Of a DNA stretch of 64,000 nt, positions 29,370-38,905 are shown one piece after another. Each line of letters begins with the position of its first letter. Position 1 is the stretch's first letter. The translations under genes were made by a program, and so were the position numbers. This stretch comes from a virus. A model generated the notes under the pieces. It did no database searches. It was not told where the DNA came from and saw only the letters and a list, made by a program, of their open reading frames with translations. Location of the stretch: IMG/VR virus record IMGVR_UViG_3300015264_000002, positions 1,210 through 65,209 of that record; one strand, 5' to 3'.

Positions 29370-29933
29370 CTACCGGCGACGCCTCGGCTTCTGTGCTGCG
29401 CCCCGCCGCGGGCGTTTCCGTGACCCCCTGCGCGCCGCCGCGCGCCGGTCGCGCATGTACGCACGCGACCACTCGCGGTGGCAGCGCATGCACCGCCGCC
29501 GCCCGTCGGCGTCCCGCCGGACGTTCTTGCCCCGCAGCAGGTGCCCGGCCTTGCACCGCAGCTTGCGGGCGTTGACCGCCCACGGGCTCTTGCCCTGTAG
29601 CGCCAGCGCCGCCCGACTGACGGGCACGTGGTGCCATGGGTTTACGCACGGCCGGTTGCGGCACGTCGGGCGCAGCAGCGGGCGATCGGCGGCGAGTACT
29701 CCCCGCAGCAGCCGGTACGCCAGCTGCGCGGCCGACACCTCACGGCCCTCGCCGCGCAGGTAAAAGAACCCGTAAGACCCGCGGCTGCGGGCGCGGCCGC
29801 CGAGCCACAGCCAGCAGGCGCGACGGATCCCTGGTGGCGACGTCGCGCCGCCGCGGCCGCCGGCGATCGCCACCTGGGACCAGAAGCGCGCGGCGTCGTC
29901 GGCACCGAGCAGCGGTGTCACGCGGGCGGACAT
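29370..29933 (-). CDS. Degenerate HNH-family protein with C-terminal Zn ribbon
   Basis: RFW..V....CWLW.G..YG.F..C.N..CVNP.H..V and C.AGH.L...N....G.R.C..C; catalytic His and Asn replaced. Confidence 0.75.
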   Translation of the reverse strand: MSARVTPLLGADDAARFWSQVAIAGGRGGATSPPGIRRACWLWLGGRARSRGSYGFFYLRGEGREVSAAQLAYRLLRGVLAADRPLLRPTCRNRPCVNPWHHVPVSRAALALQGKSPWAVNARKLRCKAGHLLRGKNVRRDADGRRRCMRCHREWSRAYMRDRRAAARRGSRKRPRRGAAQKPRRRR

Positions 29934-30061
29934 GGACCTGGCCGGGCCAGCAGGCGGCGGCACGCCGCGCACCGGACGGGGGGGGTGCCGATCGCGTACG
30001 GTGTCAGCGCGCCGCAATGGCAACGGACGAGCCGCCAGCCGTTGCCGAGCTCGAGGATCAC
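29918..30061 (-). CDS. Small Zn-ribbon protein
   Basis: CHCG...CAAC; GTGA overlap. Confidence 0.4.
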   Translation of the reverse strand: MILELGNGWRLVRCHCGALTPYAIGTPPVRCAACRRLLARPGPCPPA

Positions 30062-30297
30062 CGCGCCGGCGGCAGGCACCGGTCCCCCGGGATCGCGGGG
30101 TGCACGGTAGACGCGCGGGCCGTGGTCGCGGTGTCGCATGTGGCGTGGGCATGGCGGAGACGGGCACGCCAGTGTACCACCACCGCCCGCAGGTACCGTG
30201 TCGCCGCGCGTTGCCCCAGGGCGTGCGTCAGCGTCGCGCCGACGACTGCGCCCACCAGGACGCCGACCAGGAAGGGCCAGCTCTGCGGGCATGTCAT
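30058..30297 (-). CDS. Small membrane protein
   Basis: PFLVGVLVGAVVGA TM; ATGA overlap with parB stop. Confidence 0.5.
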   Translation of the reverse strand: MTCPQSWPFLVGVLVGAVVGATLTHALGQRAATRYLRAVVVHWRARLRHAHATCDTATTARASTVHPAIPGDRCLPPAR

Positions 30298-32267
30298 GCC
30301 GCCGCCCCGGCCTTGCGCAGGTCGGCCACGCTGTCCGGCCCGGTGTACGGCCGCTTGTGCTTCTTCGCCAGCCGCGCGTCGCGCTGCCCGGCCGTCGTCA
30401 CGCACCGCGCCGTCGTGCACACCGATCGGCCCAGGGCCTTGTAACGCGGGTCCCAGCTACAGCCGCCCGGGCAGGCGCGGGCCTCCGTGCACCCGCAACA
30501 CTCGCAGCCGTGCAGCTTGTGCACGACGGCGGCCGCCTTCGCCGCCGCACGCGCGCGGGCTGCCTTCCCCTTGCCCTTCTCCCGCGCCGCCCGGGCCTGC
30601 GTGGCGGCCTCCTTCCGCACCGCCGCGCGCACCTTGACCACGTCGACCCGGTACTGCTTGGCGACGGTCGCCAGGGTCAGCGCCCGCTCGACGCTGTCGC
30701 CGCGCCCCTCCCCCTCGCGCGACAGCACTGCCTCGACCAGCAGCTGCGCCAGCGCGGGGCCGTCCATGCCGGTGATCCGCTTGCCGAGGACGTCGCGCCA
30801 CTCCGGCTGGCGCTCGCCCTTCTTCAGCGCCGGCGCCCACCCATGGCTGCGCACCAGGTCCTTGTGCCGGTCGTGCCACATCTCCCGCACCATGCCGAGC
30901 GCCACCAGCCGCAGCGTCTTGACGTCCGCCAGGCTGTGCACCTTGGCGACGACCGTGCGCACGATCGCCGTGCGTGCCTGTGCCGCCAGCAGCGACTGCT
31001 GACGGGCCTGCCGCGCCTCGGCGGCCGCGTGGCCGCCGGCGCCCCGGGTTGCGCGCGCGTCGTGGACCTCGCACCGGCCCGGCCGCGTGCACACGGTGAT
31101 CGCGTCCCCGATCTTGTGCTCGCCCGCCCAGCCCGACACCACCACCCCGGGCCGTGTGTGCGCGCACCGCTTCGTCCCGGCGGGGCGCCACGCCTTGGTC
31201 GTCAGCGGGTGCGGATCGCGCTGCCGGTCCTCCCGGTCCAGCTCGTAATTGGTCGTCAGGGCGACGGCGTCGGGCCCGGCGTCGGCCAACGCCCGCGCCA
31301 CGTGGGCCTCCTGCTTGCCGCGGTAGCACGCGCGGTCGGTGCACACGTCCTTGGCGCGGACGTCGGGGAACAGGTCGGGCTGGTTGCCCGTGCGTTTGGG
31401 GCACGTCGTGCACGCGCCGGCCGCGGGCACCAGCCCTATCTCTTTGGGATCAAACGGCGCGCGGGCGAGCTCGAGGTGCATGGTCGCGTCCAGCCAATGC
31501 GTGAAGTCCCGCACGCTGCGCGACGTCGGGGCCGTCTTGCCCTCCTGCAGCCGACGGTCGAGCAAGTACTCCGCCAGCGCCGTCTCCTGGTCGGCTGCCT
31601 GCAGCCGAGCGAGCGGCAGGGCGTGCCCTAGGGTCAGCCGCCCTGCGACGTACGCCTTGCGCGCCGCCGGCGTCAGCTGCAGCAGCGACAGGCGCTGCCG
31701 CACGTAGGCGACCCGCTTGCCGATCCGCGCCGCCAGGCCGTCGACGTCGTACAGCTTGCGGTCGAGGAGCGCCTGCAGCCCGATCGCCTCGAGCAGCGGG
31801 TGCACGTCAGCCCGCTGCAGGTTCTCGGTCAACTGCGCCTCCGCCACCTGGTCGTCGGTCATGTCGCGCACGACGCACGGCACGGTCGCCAGGCCCGCGG
31901 CCTGTGCTGCTAGCCAGCGCCGCTCCCCGGCCACGATCTCGTACGTGCCCCCGCCGCGGAGCCGCACCAGCAGCGGCTGCAGCACCCCCTGCGTGCGCAC
32001 GCTCTCGGTCAGGCCCGCCAGGTCCTCGGCGCTGTAGAGCGCGCGACGCTCGGCATTGAGCGCCGACGGCACGAGCCCGGTCAGCCCCACGTTGCAGACC
32101 TCCACTGGTCCGAGCTCGGCCGGCGCCACCGCCGGCTCCGCCGTCTGTCGCTTCGCCATGTCATCCCCCTCGTGCGGCGCGATCGCGTCGCGCCGCTGCT
32201 GTGTCTGCCACCGTGAGAGCCCGGCCAGTTGTTGCGCCAGGCCATCCCAATCCACACCATCGCTCAT
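30294..32267 (-). CDS. parB: ParB/RepB/Spo0J-family protein, long form
   Basis: L..SV...GVLQPLLVR...YEIVAGERRW.AA..AGL..VP..V...EN+QR.D+HP..EA; C-terminal CxxCP..TGN..DLF and extra Cys modules; alternative start 32159. Confidence 0.85.
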   Translation of the reverse strand: MSDGVDWDGLAQQLAGLSRWQTQQRRDAIAPHEGDDMAKRQTAEPAVAPAELGPVEVCNVGLTGLVPSALNAERRALYSAEDLAGLTESVRTQGVLQPLLVRLRGGGTYEIVAGERRWLAAQAAGLATVPCVVRDMTDDQVAEAQLTENLQRADVHPLLEAIGLQALLDRKLYDVDGLAARIGKRVAYVRQRLSLLQLTPAARKAYVAGRLTLGHALPLARLQAADQETALAEYLLDRRLQEGKTAPTSRSVRDFTHWLDATMHLELARAPFDPKEIGLVPAAGACTTCPKRTGNQPDLFPDVRAKDVCTDRACYRGKQEAHVARALADAGPDAVALTTNYELDREDRQRDPHPLTTKAWRPAGTKRCAHTRPGVVVSGWAGEHKIGDAITVCTRPGRCEVHDARATRGAGGHAAAEARQARQQSLLAAQARTAIVRTVVAKVHSLADVKTLRLVALGMVREMWHDRHKDLVRSHGWAPALKKGERQPEWRDVLGKRITGMDGPALAQLLVEAVLSREGEGRGDSVERALTLATVAKQYRVDVVKVRAAVRKEAATQARAAREKGKGKAARARAAAKAAAVVHKLHGCECCGCTEARACPGGCSWDPRYKALGRSVCTTARCVTTAGQRDARLAKKHKRPYTGPDSVADLRKAGAAA

Positions 32268-32905
32268 CGCTGCGGGTCCAGCTCAGCCAGCGCCGCCGCG
32301 CGCGCCCGGTTGAGCCGCACCATGGCCTCGTGGGTCCCCGCCGCCGCGTCGGGGTGCAGGCCCTTGGCCTGCTCCCGATACGCCTGCTCGACGTCGGCCA
32401 GCGTGATCGCGCGCGGGAACACCGCGCGCCAGTCGACGTCGTCGGGCGCGGGCAGTGCCAGGTAGCCGGTAAATGCCTGCTCGACCGTACCGACGCCCCA
32501 CCGCTCGATCCCGCGGAGCGCGGCGATGTGCGCGGCGATCGCCGCGACGTTGTCTGCCACGCGCCGCCAGCGATCGCAGGGCAGGCAGTACGGCCGGCCG
32601 CGCAGCTGGAAGTAGACGGCGACACCGGGGTCGGCGGGCGCGCGCCCGTCGCTGTACGGCAGCCCGTCGCGGCGGGTGGGGACGTTGGTCGACACGACCA
32701 GGCGCGTGGCGGCAAAGCGCCGCAGCTCCTCCTGCAGCCGCGTGATCGCGTCGGCCAGCGACAGCTCCTGCGTCCGGCGATAGGCCGTCCCGCCGGCCGT
32801 GATCGGGACGTGCACCTGCTTGCCGAAGGCCGCCACCTGGCGGTCGCCACGGTGCCGCGGCACCGTACGCGGCCACGTCAGCGGATAGGCGGCCGGGTCC
32901 GTCAC
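32264..32905 (-). CDS. Phage J-domain (DnaJ-like) protein
   Basis: YPL.WP...V+STN+P.R.DG.P....P.DPGVAVYF...CD.W..V.DN..AI...RG+ERWG and C-terminal HPD...LN.A. Confidence 0.85.
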   Translation of the reverse strand: MTDPAAYPLTWPRTVPRHRGDRQVAAFGKQVHVPITAGGTAYRRTQELSLADAITRLQEELRRFAATRLVVSTNVPTRRDGLPYSDGRAPADPGVAVYFQLRGRPYCLPCDRWRRVADNVAAIAAHIAALRGIERWGVGTVEQAFTGYLALPAPDDVDWRAVFPRAITLADVEQAYREQAKGLHPDAAAGTHEAMVRLNRARAAALAELDPQR

Positions 32906-35109
32906 TCGACCACTACCTGGCCGTCCTCGACCAGCAGGCGCACGTCCGCGCCCTCCCACACCGCCGGCGTGTGCGACACCAGCACGACCTGGTGGAAGTG
33001 CCCGCGCTCGCGCGCGCGCCGCAGCATGGCCAGGTACAGCTGCGCGTGCGACGGCGACAGCGCGCTCCCGGTTTCGTCTCGCCAGAGCGTTTGGAATGCG
33101 TACCCGCTGCGGCGCGCGTTATCTAGCCCGAAGCCGAGCCGTAGGGCCTCCTCGATGATCGTCTGCTCGCCGCCGCACCCCTGGCGCATCTCGCGCCCGT
33201 CGTCCGTCAGGATCCGGGCCTCGAATACCTCCATGACGCCCCCGCGGTCCTTCTCCACCTGCGTCTGCAGGTCGAGCGCAAAGCGGCCGCCGTAGCAGGT
33301 CGCCAGCAGGTCGTTGGCCAGCTCGCTGACGCTCGGGCCGGCCTGGTCGAGCTCGACCGCCTGCACGCCGTCCCGGCCGCAATCGCGCTCGAGCACGCGC
33401 CAATCAGACGCGGTGGCGATCAACGTCGCCTCCTGCCCGCGCAGCAGCGTCGCGGCCGTGCAGGCGTCGCCCAGGGCGGCGAGACGACCACGCAGCGTAT
33501 CGCGGGTGGACACGTGGCCCGCGTGCACCGCGCGCCCGTCGTCCACCGCGCGCCGCCACACCCGTAGGCTCTCGTCCGCCTGGTTCAGCGCGACGCGCCA
33601 GGTGCCGACGTCGGGCTCGACGAGTGGGGCCTCGGCCGCCGCTGCCTCCGCCGCGGCCAGCTGTGGCAGCAGCGCCGCCCGCGTCGCCTCGGCCGTCGCC
33701 AGGCCCGGCGCCCGCGCAACGTCCGCGGCCAGCCGTGTCCGCTGCCCCTCCGCCTGCCCGATCGCGTCGTCGACGGCGACCAGGTCGCCCTGTGCCTGAT
33801 CCAGCGCCGTGCGCGCGGCCTGCGCGGCCACCCGGGCGTCCCGGCCCGCGGCAATGACCCGGGCCAGCTCGCCGTCGATCCGGTCGACGTCCTCCTGTCC
33901 CGTCGTGGTCGCCAGCGCGTCCTTGGTCAGCGGGCACCGCCGACACAGCGGGTTGGCGGGCTCCTCCAGCTGGTTGACCAGCTCGAGCCGCCGCACGGCC
34001 TCGGCCGCCACCCGCGCGCGCGTGCGCTCCAGGTCCGCCTTGACCCGCTCATGGTCCGCCCGCAGGGCATCCAGGCGCGCGTCCGCTGTGGCCCGTGCCG
34101 CCACCAAGGGGGCGACCCGCGCCTGCAGGTCGGTCGCGCGGCCCCGCAGGCCGGGCAACGCGTCGGCCAGCTGCGCGTCCTGGGCAATGGCCCCACGGAT
34201 CCGATCGGCGCCGGCGCGCACCGCGTCCACCTGGTCAAGCTCCGCCTGCAGCCGGCCGCGGTCGACCTGTGCGGCCCGCACCCGGGTGACCACCGCCCGG
34301 TTGCGCTCCTGTACCGCCGCCAGCTCGCGCTCCGCCTCCTGCAGGGCCGCCCGCGCCTGCGCCTGCAGCTGCTCGTGACTGGCGACCTGCGCCTGCGCGT
34401 CGGCCATGGCGCCCTCCGCCGTCGCCACGGCCTGCGTGGCCGCGTCCAGCCGCGCCTGCGTGTCGGTGACGTCCGCCGCCCGCCGCTCGGCCTCGACCAG
34501 CTGCCGTCGCACGTCCGCCAGCTCGCGCGCGAGCTGCTCCGCCTCCTTCCCCGACCTGACCGACCACGCCTGCCAGCGTTCGGCGCCCAGCATGGCCATG
34601 ACCATGTCCTTGCGCTCGCGCGGGGGCAGGCCGAAGAACGACAGCGGCGCAAAGCGGCTCTGCTGCGTCGCGTACACGCTGGCGTAGGCCAGGCGCGCAG
34701 GGGGCAGCAGGGCCGCGATCGCCGCGTGGTAGTCCTTGACCCCCGGCCCGGCCAGTGGCGTCAGCTGCTCCCCGTCGACCAGCGACAGGTACGCCTCCGT
34801 TTTGCCGCGGCCGCCGCCGTACTGCGGGTCAGCCTGCCACAGGGCGCGGTAGGTGCGGCCGGCCAGCGTGAACGTCTGCGACAGCTGGGCGTCGCGCACG
34901 CCGGGGGCCACCATGCCGGCAAAGCTGTCGTTTCTCATCGGGAATTCCCCGTACGCCCAGCCCGGGAAGCTACATTCCAAGAGCGTCGTTTTCCCCGCGC
35001 GGTTGTCGCCGCGCACGGCGATAATCCCGGGGCCGAGTGCCGACCAGTCGACGGTCGTCCTGGTGCGGTAGACGCCTAGCCCTTGGATGATGGTCTGACC
35101 GAGGATCAT
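32902..35109 (-). CDS. sbcC: SbcC/Rad50-like SMC ATPase
   Basis: Walker A GDNRAGKT, coiled coils with CRRC hook, CGGEQ signature, WRDE Walker B, LVSH. Confidence 0.9.
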   Translation of the reverse strand: MILGQTIIQGLGVYRTRTTVDWSALGPGIIAVRGDNRAGKTTLLECSFPGWAYGEFPMRNDSFAGMVAPGVRDAQLSQTFTLAGRTYRALWQADPQYGGGRGKTEAYLSLVDGEQLTPLAGPGVKDYHAAIAALLPPARLAYASVYATQQSRFAPLSFFGLPPRERKDMVMAMLGAERWQAWSVRSGKEAEQLARELADVRRQLVEAERRAADVTDTQARLDAATQAVATAEGAMADAQAQVASHEQLQAQARAALQEAERELAAVQERNRAVVTRVRAAQVDRGRLQAELDQVDAVRAGADRIRGAIAQDAQLADALPGLRGRATDLQARVAPLVAARATADARLDALRADHERVKADLERTRARVAAEAVRRLELVNQLEEPANPLCRRCPLTKDALATTTGQEDVDRIDGELARVIAAGRDARVAAQAARTALDQAQGDLVAVDDAIGQAEGQRTRLAADVARAPGLATAEATRAALLPQLAAAEAAAAEAPLVEPDVGTWRVALNQADESLRVWRRAVDDGRAVHAGHVSTRDTLRGRLAALGDACTAATLLRGQEATLIATASDWRVLERDCGRDGVQAVELDQAGPSVSELANDLLATCYGGRFALDLQTQVEKDRGGVMEVFEARILTDDGREMRQGCGGEQTIIEEALRLGFGLDNARRSGYAFQTLWRDETGSALSPSHAQLYLAMLRRARERGHFHQVVLVSHTPAVWEGADVRLLVEDGQVVVE

Positions 35110-35594
35110 AGGTGCCTCCAGGTGCGCCCGTGTCGCAGATCGCAGATCGTCGCCGGGGTCACGTGATGCTGCCGCGCCAGAACGCTCGTCCGCTCGGTCG
35201 AAGCGCGGATCGCCAGCGCCCGTGCGGTCGTTAGGCGGGCCGCGCCCCCGTCCTCGCCGCGTGCGGTGCGGCGGCGACCCTTCCGGGCCATGTCCTCGTT
35301 GTTGTCGGCCTTCGTCCCCGGGAACACGTGGTGTGGGTTGCAGCAGCCCGGGACGTCGCACGTGTGAAGTCCGCACATGCCCGCCGGCATCGGCAGACGG
35401 TGCCCCAGCTCCCAGGCAATCACGTGCGCGCGTGTGCACCAGCGCCGGCCATCCCGCGAGACGTAGAACAGCCCATAGCCGTCGCGGTCTGTCTGACCCA
35501 TCCAGGGCCAGCAGTCGTCGGGGGTACCGACGGCGACCTTGTCCCACAACCGGGCGAGGAAGTCCTGCGACATGAACCGGCCGCTAGCGGACAT
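35106..35594 (-). CDS. HNH endonuclease (intact) with C-terminal HTH
   Basis: CWPW.G..GYG...RAH..AW...LHTCD.P.CCNPHH...GT.ADNNED. Confidence 0.9.
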   Translation of the reverse strand: MSASGRFMSQDFLARLWDKVAVGTPDDCWPWMGQTDRDGYGLFYVSRDGRRWCTRAHVIAWELGHRLPMPAGMCGLHTCDVPGCCNPHHVFPGTKADNNEDMARKGRRRTARGEDGGAARLTTARALAIRASTERTSVLARQHHVTPATICDLRHGRTWRHL

Positions 35595-35603
35595 ACGGGT
35601 GTC

Positions 35604-35807
35604 TTACGCGCGTTGGCGCCGGCGGGCAAGCAGGTACTCCCGACACGCCGCCGTGATCAGGGCCCCCACTCGCACGCTGTCGTGCGCGGCCTGCTCGCGG
35701 AGACGCTGGCGGAGGGCTGGTCGCACGCGGACCAGCAGCCACGCCCACCCGCCGTACTGGCGTCGGGGCGGGTGACGGAAGGGGAACGCGTAGCGACGCA
35801 GCGTCAC
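35604..35807 (-). CDS. Small ribbon-helix-helix-like protein
   Basis: LLVRV.P.L.QRL.E.A....V...I..A..EYL. Confidence 0.45.
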   Translation of the reverse strand: MTLRRYAFPFRHPPRRQYGGWAWLLVRVRPALRQRLREQAAHDSVRVGALITAACREYLLARRRQRA

Positions 35808-36004
35808 CGGTGGCACTCGCGCGGATCGTGCCAGGTCGCCGGTGCTGCCCCGCACCGTACGCCGTGCACGAGCGCCGTCCCGTTGCCGAGGAACACCTGT
35901 AGATCCGCCGCGCCCGTCGTGTCCTCGCCCGCGACGCAGATGGCGGCAAAGCAGGCGCCGCTCGCATCGGCGTAGTGCACGATCCGACCGACGGTGAGCT
36001 TCAT
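35804..36004 (-). CDS. Conserved small phage protein (TVGRIVHY family)
   Basis: MKLTVGRIVHY...AAI...L.VF...W..P. Confidence 0.7.
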   Translation of the reverse strand: MKLTVGRIVHYADASGACFAAICVAGEDTTGAADLQVFLGNGTALVHGVRCGAAPATWHDPRECHR

Positions 36005-37284
36005 GATCCCCCCGCCTGGAGCGTCTCGAGCTTCCGCAGGCACCGCGCCTGTTGCCCGGCGTCGGGCGCGCGCGCACCTAGCAGCTGCCAAAACAGCCGC
36101 AGCTTCTCCGCCGGGTCGCCGGCCGTCGACCAGGCCACGCTGGCGTCGACCGTCGCCGGCGGCGGGGTGCGCAAGGTGTCGTCACCCGCGCCCATCGCGG
36201 GTGGGGTATCCCCGTCGCCGGCGACGGCAACCTGCACGCCGGTCAGCCGGCTGCGCGTGCGCGGGATCGGCGTGCGCTCGACCACCACGGCGGCCGCGCC
36301 ACAGCTGTCGATCGCCCAGCTTGTCAGCAGCGCCGTCGACGGCACACTGTCCGCCTCCTCCTCATGGTAGCGCGCGCGCACCCGCACCTCCGCCCCGGCG
36401 ATCCCCTGCCAGCGATCGCCGCCGGCGTCCAGCTGCTCGATCAACGACGGCCCCGGGTGCAGGTCGACGTCGACGGTCAGCAGCCGCCGCGCCGGCGTCG
36501 GGCGAAAGGTCACGACGGGCGGCTGTCCGGCGACGACGTCGGCCAGCAGGTAGCCCTTGACGTCGGGCTCGCCGTGATTCTGCGCTGTCGGGCTGCCAGC
36601 AAACCAGCCGCGGACGCCGACCTGCTGGAACTTGTGGATGTGCGAGCAGAGCGCGACGTCAACGCCGAGCTCGTCCAGGTCGTGCGGCGCTAGTTCGATC
36701 TCCCGCCCCAGCATGACCTCCCCGCCGCCCGTCACGCTGCCGCCGACGTTGCCATGGAACAGCAGGACCGTGGGCACGCCGCGCGCGCGCCAGTCCGCGG
36801 CGTCCAGCCGCCACGCCGTCAGCAGCGTGCGCAGGTGCGTCTCCATCTCGACCTTTTGGTCGGCCACCGCGCCGCCACTGCCCGCCCCGACCAACCACCG
36901 CTTGCTCGGATACGGCAGGCAGTAGACGCGCACGGGCCCGGCGGCCGTGTCGAGCTCGAGCACGTCGGGCTGGGTCACGGCGTGGATCGGATAGCGGCCC
37001 GCCAGCCGCCCGTATATCTCCAGGTCGCCCGGGTACTCGTGGTTGCCCTCGATCACGACCACGGGCGCGTGGGCGGCCATCATCTGCAGCGTGCGCGCGT
37101 TCGCGTTCCGCTCGGCCGGCTCCGCCTTGTGCGGCACCGTCGTGCCCGCCAGGTCGCCCCCGACTGTCCACAGGTGCACGCCCTGGCGCATGCCGTCGTC
37201 GGCAACGTAGCCAAGCACCAACAGCTGCGTCTCCCAGCGGGGGCCGACCGTCGTGTGCCAGTCGCCCGAGTGTCCAATCCTCAT
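36001..37284 (-). CDS. sbcD: SbcD/Mre11 metallophosphoesterase nuclease
   Basis: HSGDWH, GGDL, EGNHE, LFHG, SHIH motifs. Confidence 0.9.
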   Translation of the reverse strand: MRIGHSGDWHTTVGPRWETQLLVLGYVADDGMRQGVHLWTVGGDLAGTTVPHKAEPAERNANARTLQMMAAHAPVVVIEGNHEYPGDLEIYGRLAGRYPIHAVTQPDVLELDTAAGPVRVYCLPYPSKRWLVGAGSGGAVADQKVEMETHLRTLLTAWRLDAADWRARGVPTVLLFHGNVGGSVTGGGEVMLGREIELAPHDLDELGVDVALCSHIHKFQQVGVRGWFAGSPTAQNHGEPDVKGYLLADVVAGQPPVVTFRPTPARRLLTVDVDLHPGPSLIEQLDAGGDRWQGIAGAEVRVRARYHEEEADSVPSTALLTSWAIDSCGAAAVVVERTPIPRTRSRLTGVQVAVAGDGDTPPAMGAGDDTLRTPPPATVDASVAWSTAGDPAEKLRLFWQLLGARAPDAGQQARCLRKLETLQAGGS

Positions 37285-37499
37285 GCCGTCCCCCTGCGCC
37301 CGCGCCGCTGCTTGGCGATCGCGCGGGTGGCATACTCGTAGAATACCCGGAGGAAGGTGCCAGGCGGCTGGTCGCGGCCGCGTTCCATGGCCTGATAGAC
37401 CACCCGGCGACTGACACTGCACCACCGCGCGGCCGCGCTGACGCTGACGCCAGCCTCCAACTGCTCCAACAAGAGCGCCACTGTCGTCTCCGTCAGCAC
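37281..37499 (-). CDS. HTH DNA-binding protein
   Basis: LEAGVSVSAAARWCSVSRRVVY; paralog of 38906-39256. Confidence 0.7.
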   Translation of the reverse strand: MLTETTVALLLEQLEAGVSVSAAARWCSVSRRVVYQAMERGRDQPPGTFLRVFYEYATRAIAKQRRGRRGTA

Positions 37500-37506
37500 A
37501 ACGGCG

Positions 37507-37734
37507 TCATGGGCGCGCCCCCAGCCAGCTCCGCAGCCGCCGCAGCGCCCGGTGGTAGACCGTGTGCACGCGGGCCTGGCTGACCCCCATGACCGCGCCT
37601 ACCTCGTGCTGGGCAAGCCCGACGACGACGACCAGCAGCAGCACCTTCCGCTCCCGCTCGGGCAACCGCGCCACGGCCGCCGCGACGTCGACCACGCGCG
37701 GGTCCGTGGCGTCCGCGGTTGCCTGCCCTACCAT
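37507..37734 (-). CDS. Sigma-70 region 4 domain protein
   Basis: VA.LPERERKVL.L....GL.Q.EVG..MGVS..RV.....RAL.RLR. Confidence 0.8.
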   Translation of the reverse strand: MVGQATADATDPRVVDVAAAVARLPERERKVLLLVVVVGLAQHEVGAVMGVSQARVHTVYHRALRRLRSWLGARP

Positions 37735-37837
37735 CGCCGGTCGGCCGGGCGGCGCGTCAGCCGCGCACGCGCGCGTACCAGACGCCACCCGGCCATGAGG
37801 CACGCCAGGCCAGCGACGACCACCGTGTCCCGCAACG

Positions 37838-38095
37838 TCATGCCGTGGTGGTGCTGTCCGGCGTCGCGGCCGGGCCCTGTGCGGCGGCGCCGGCGCCCGG
37901 ATAGGTCGGCCCGTCGACCAGCTGGTGGGCGCGGGGGTCCCAGCGCACCGCGGTGTATGGGCGGTCGCCGTCCACGTGTGCCCAGCACCGCAGCGCACCG
38001 TCCTGCCGATACCCGGCGGGCTGCCGGCACTGCCGCCCGCGCCGGCCGTTGCCCGTCGCCTGCCGCTCGCACGTCGGTCGTCCTGTCGTCGTCAT
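37838..38095 (-). CDS. Small Cys/His protein
   Basis: C...QC...CWAH; RBS AAGGAGGG. Confidence 0.5.
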   Translation of the reverse strand: MTTTGRPTCERQATGNGRRGRQCRQPAGYRQDGALRCWAHVDGDRPYTAVRWDPRAHQLVDGPTYPGAGAAAQGPAATPDSTTTA

Positions 38096-38120
38096 GGGAT
38101 CACCCTCCTTTGGTGGGGAA

Positions 38121-38468
38121 TTACGCCTTTGGCTCCCTTCGCCGGAGCACGTCGATGTAGCGCCAGCATTCCTCGAGCTCGGCGGCGAACCGAGCCGCCT
38201 GTTCCCGGAACACATTGACCTTTTGCCCAAGGTCGATGCCGCTATTGACGGCCTCGGAGCGCGTCCCGTCGGGCTCGTCGAACCAGCCCCACAGGAGATC
38301 GCTGTGCATCCGAAGCACCTCGGTGGTCTCGTTCGGCAAAACGGGGGTCATGCTCTCCCGCCGCTTATAGCCAGCCCAAAGAGCCGTCACTTCGTCCATG
38401 CGCTTCTGGAGGTAGTTGCTGAGGGCTTCTTGGTCGGTTGGTTGTCGGTCAGACATGGTGTGTGTCAT
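38121..38468 (-). CDS. Lower-GC hypothetical protein (moron-like)
   Basis: Many A/T-ending codons; own TTGACG-17-TGTATG promoter candidate at 38466-38494. Confidence 0.65.
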   Translation of the reverse strand: MTHTMSDRQPTDQEALSNYLQKRMDEVTALWAGYKRRESMTPVLPNETTEVLRMHSDLLWGWFDEPDGTRSEAVNSGIDLGQKVNVFREQAARFAAELEECWRYIDVLRRREPKA

Positions 38469-38500
38469 ACACCTGGTACACGGCTCCCCGTCAAGTGGGC

Positions 38501-38818
38501 CTACCAGCGCCGCTCCCGGTCCTGGGTGCGCAGCATCCGTGACCGCTTGGCCTCGATCATGGCCATGACCACGGGCAGGTCCTCGGCCTCAAACGCCACC
38601 TGCATGCTGCGCTCGCCTTCCGTCTCCGTGAGGCGCAGCCACAGCAGCGGCGCCCCCGGGTCGCGCAGGTCCTCGATCAGGCACAACTCCATGTGATCGG
38701 TGCGCAGCGCGATCGGTCGCGCGTGCGGCGCCTCGGCCTCCGGCGCCGTGGGGAAGCGCGCGCGCTGATTGGCATGCGTCTCCGCACGGGTCGGGGGCAT
38801 CGGTCGGTCCTCAGCCAT
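38501..38818 (-). CDS. Hypothetical protein
   Basis: RBS GGAAGGAG; typical codon use. Confidence 0.6.
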   Translation of the reverse strand: MAEDRPMPPTRAETHANQRARFPTAPEAEAPHARPIALRTDHMELCLIEDLRDPGAPLLWLRLTETEGERSMQVAFEAEDLPVVMAMIEAKRSRMLRTQDRERRW

Positions 38819-38905
38819 CTCGTCTCCTTCCGTGGTGCGCCTCCTGTTTGGTTGAGGCGCGGTCGCTGTCCGCCCCGCGCTGTAGCACTCGGCGCGCGGC
38901 CCTGC

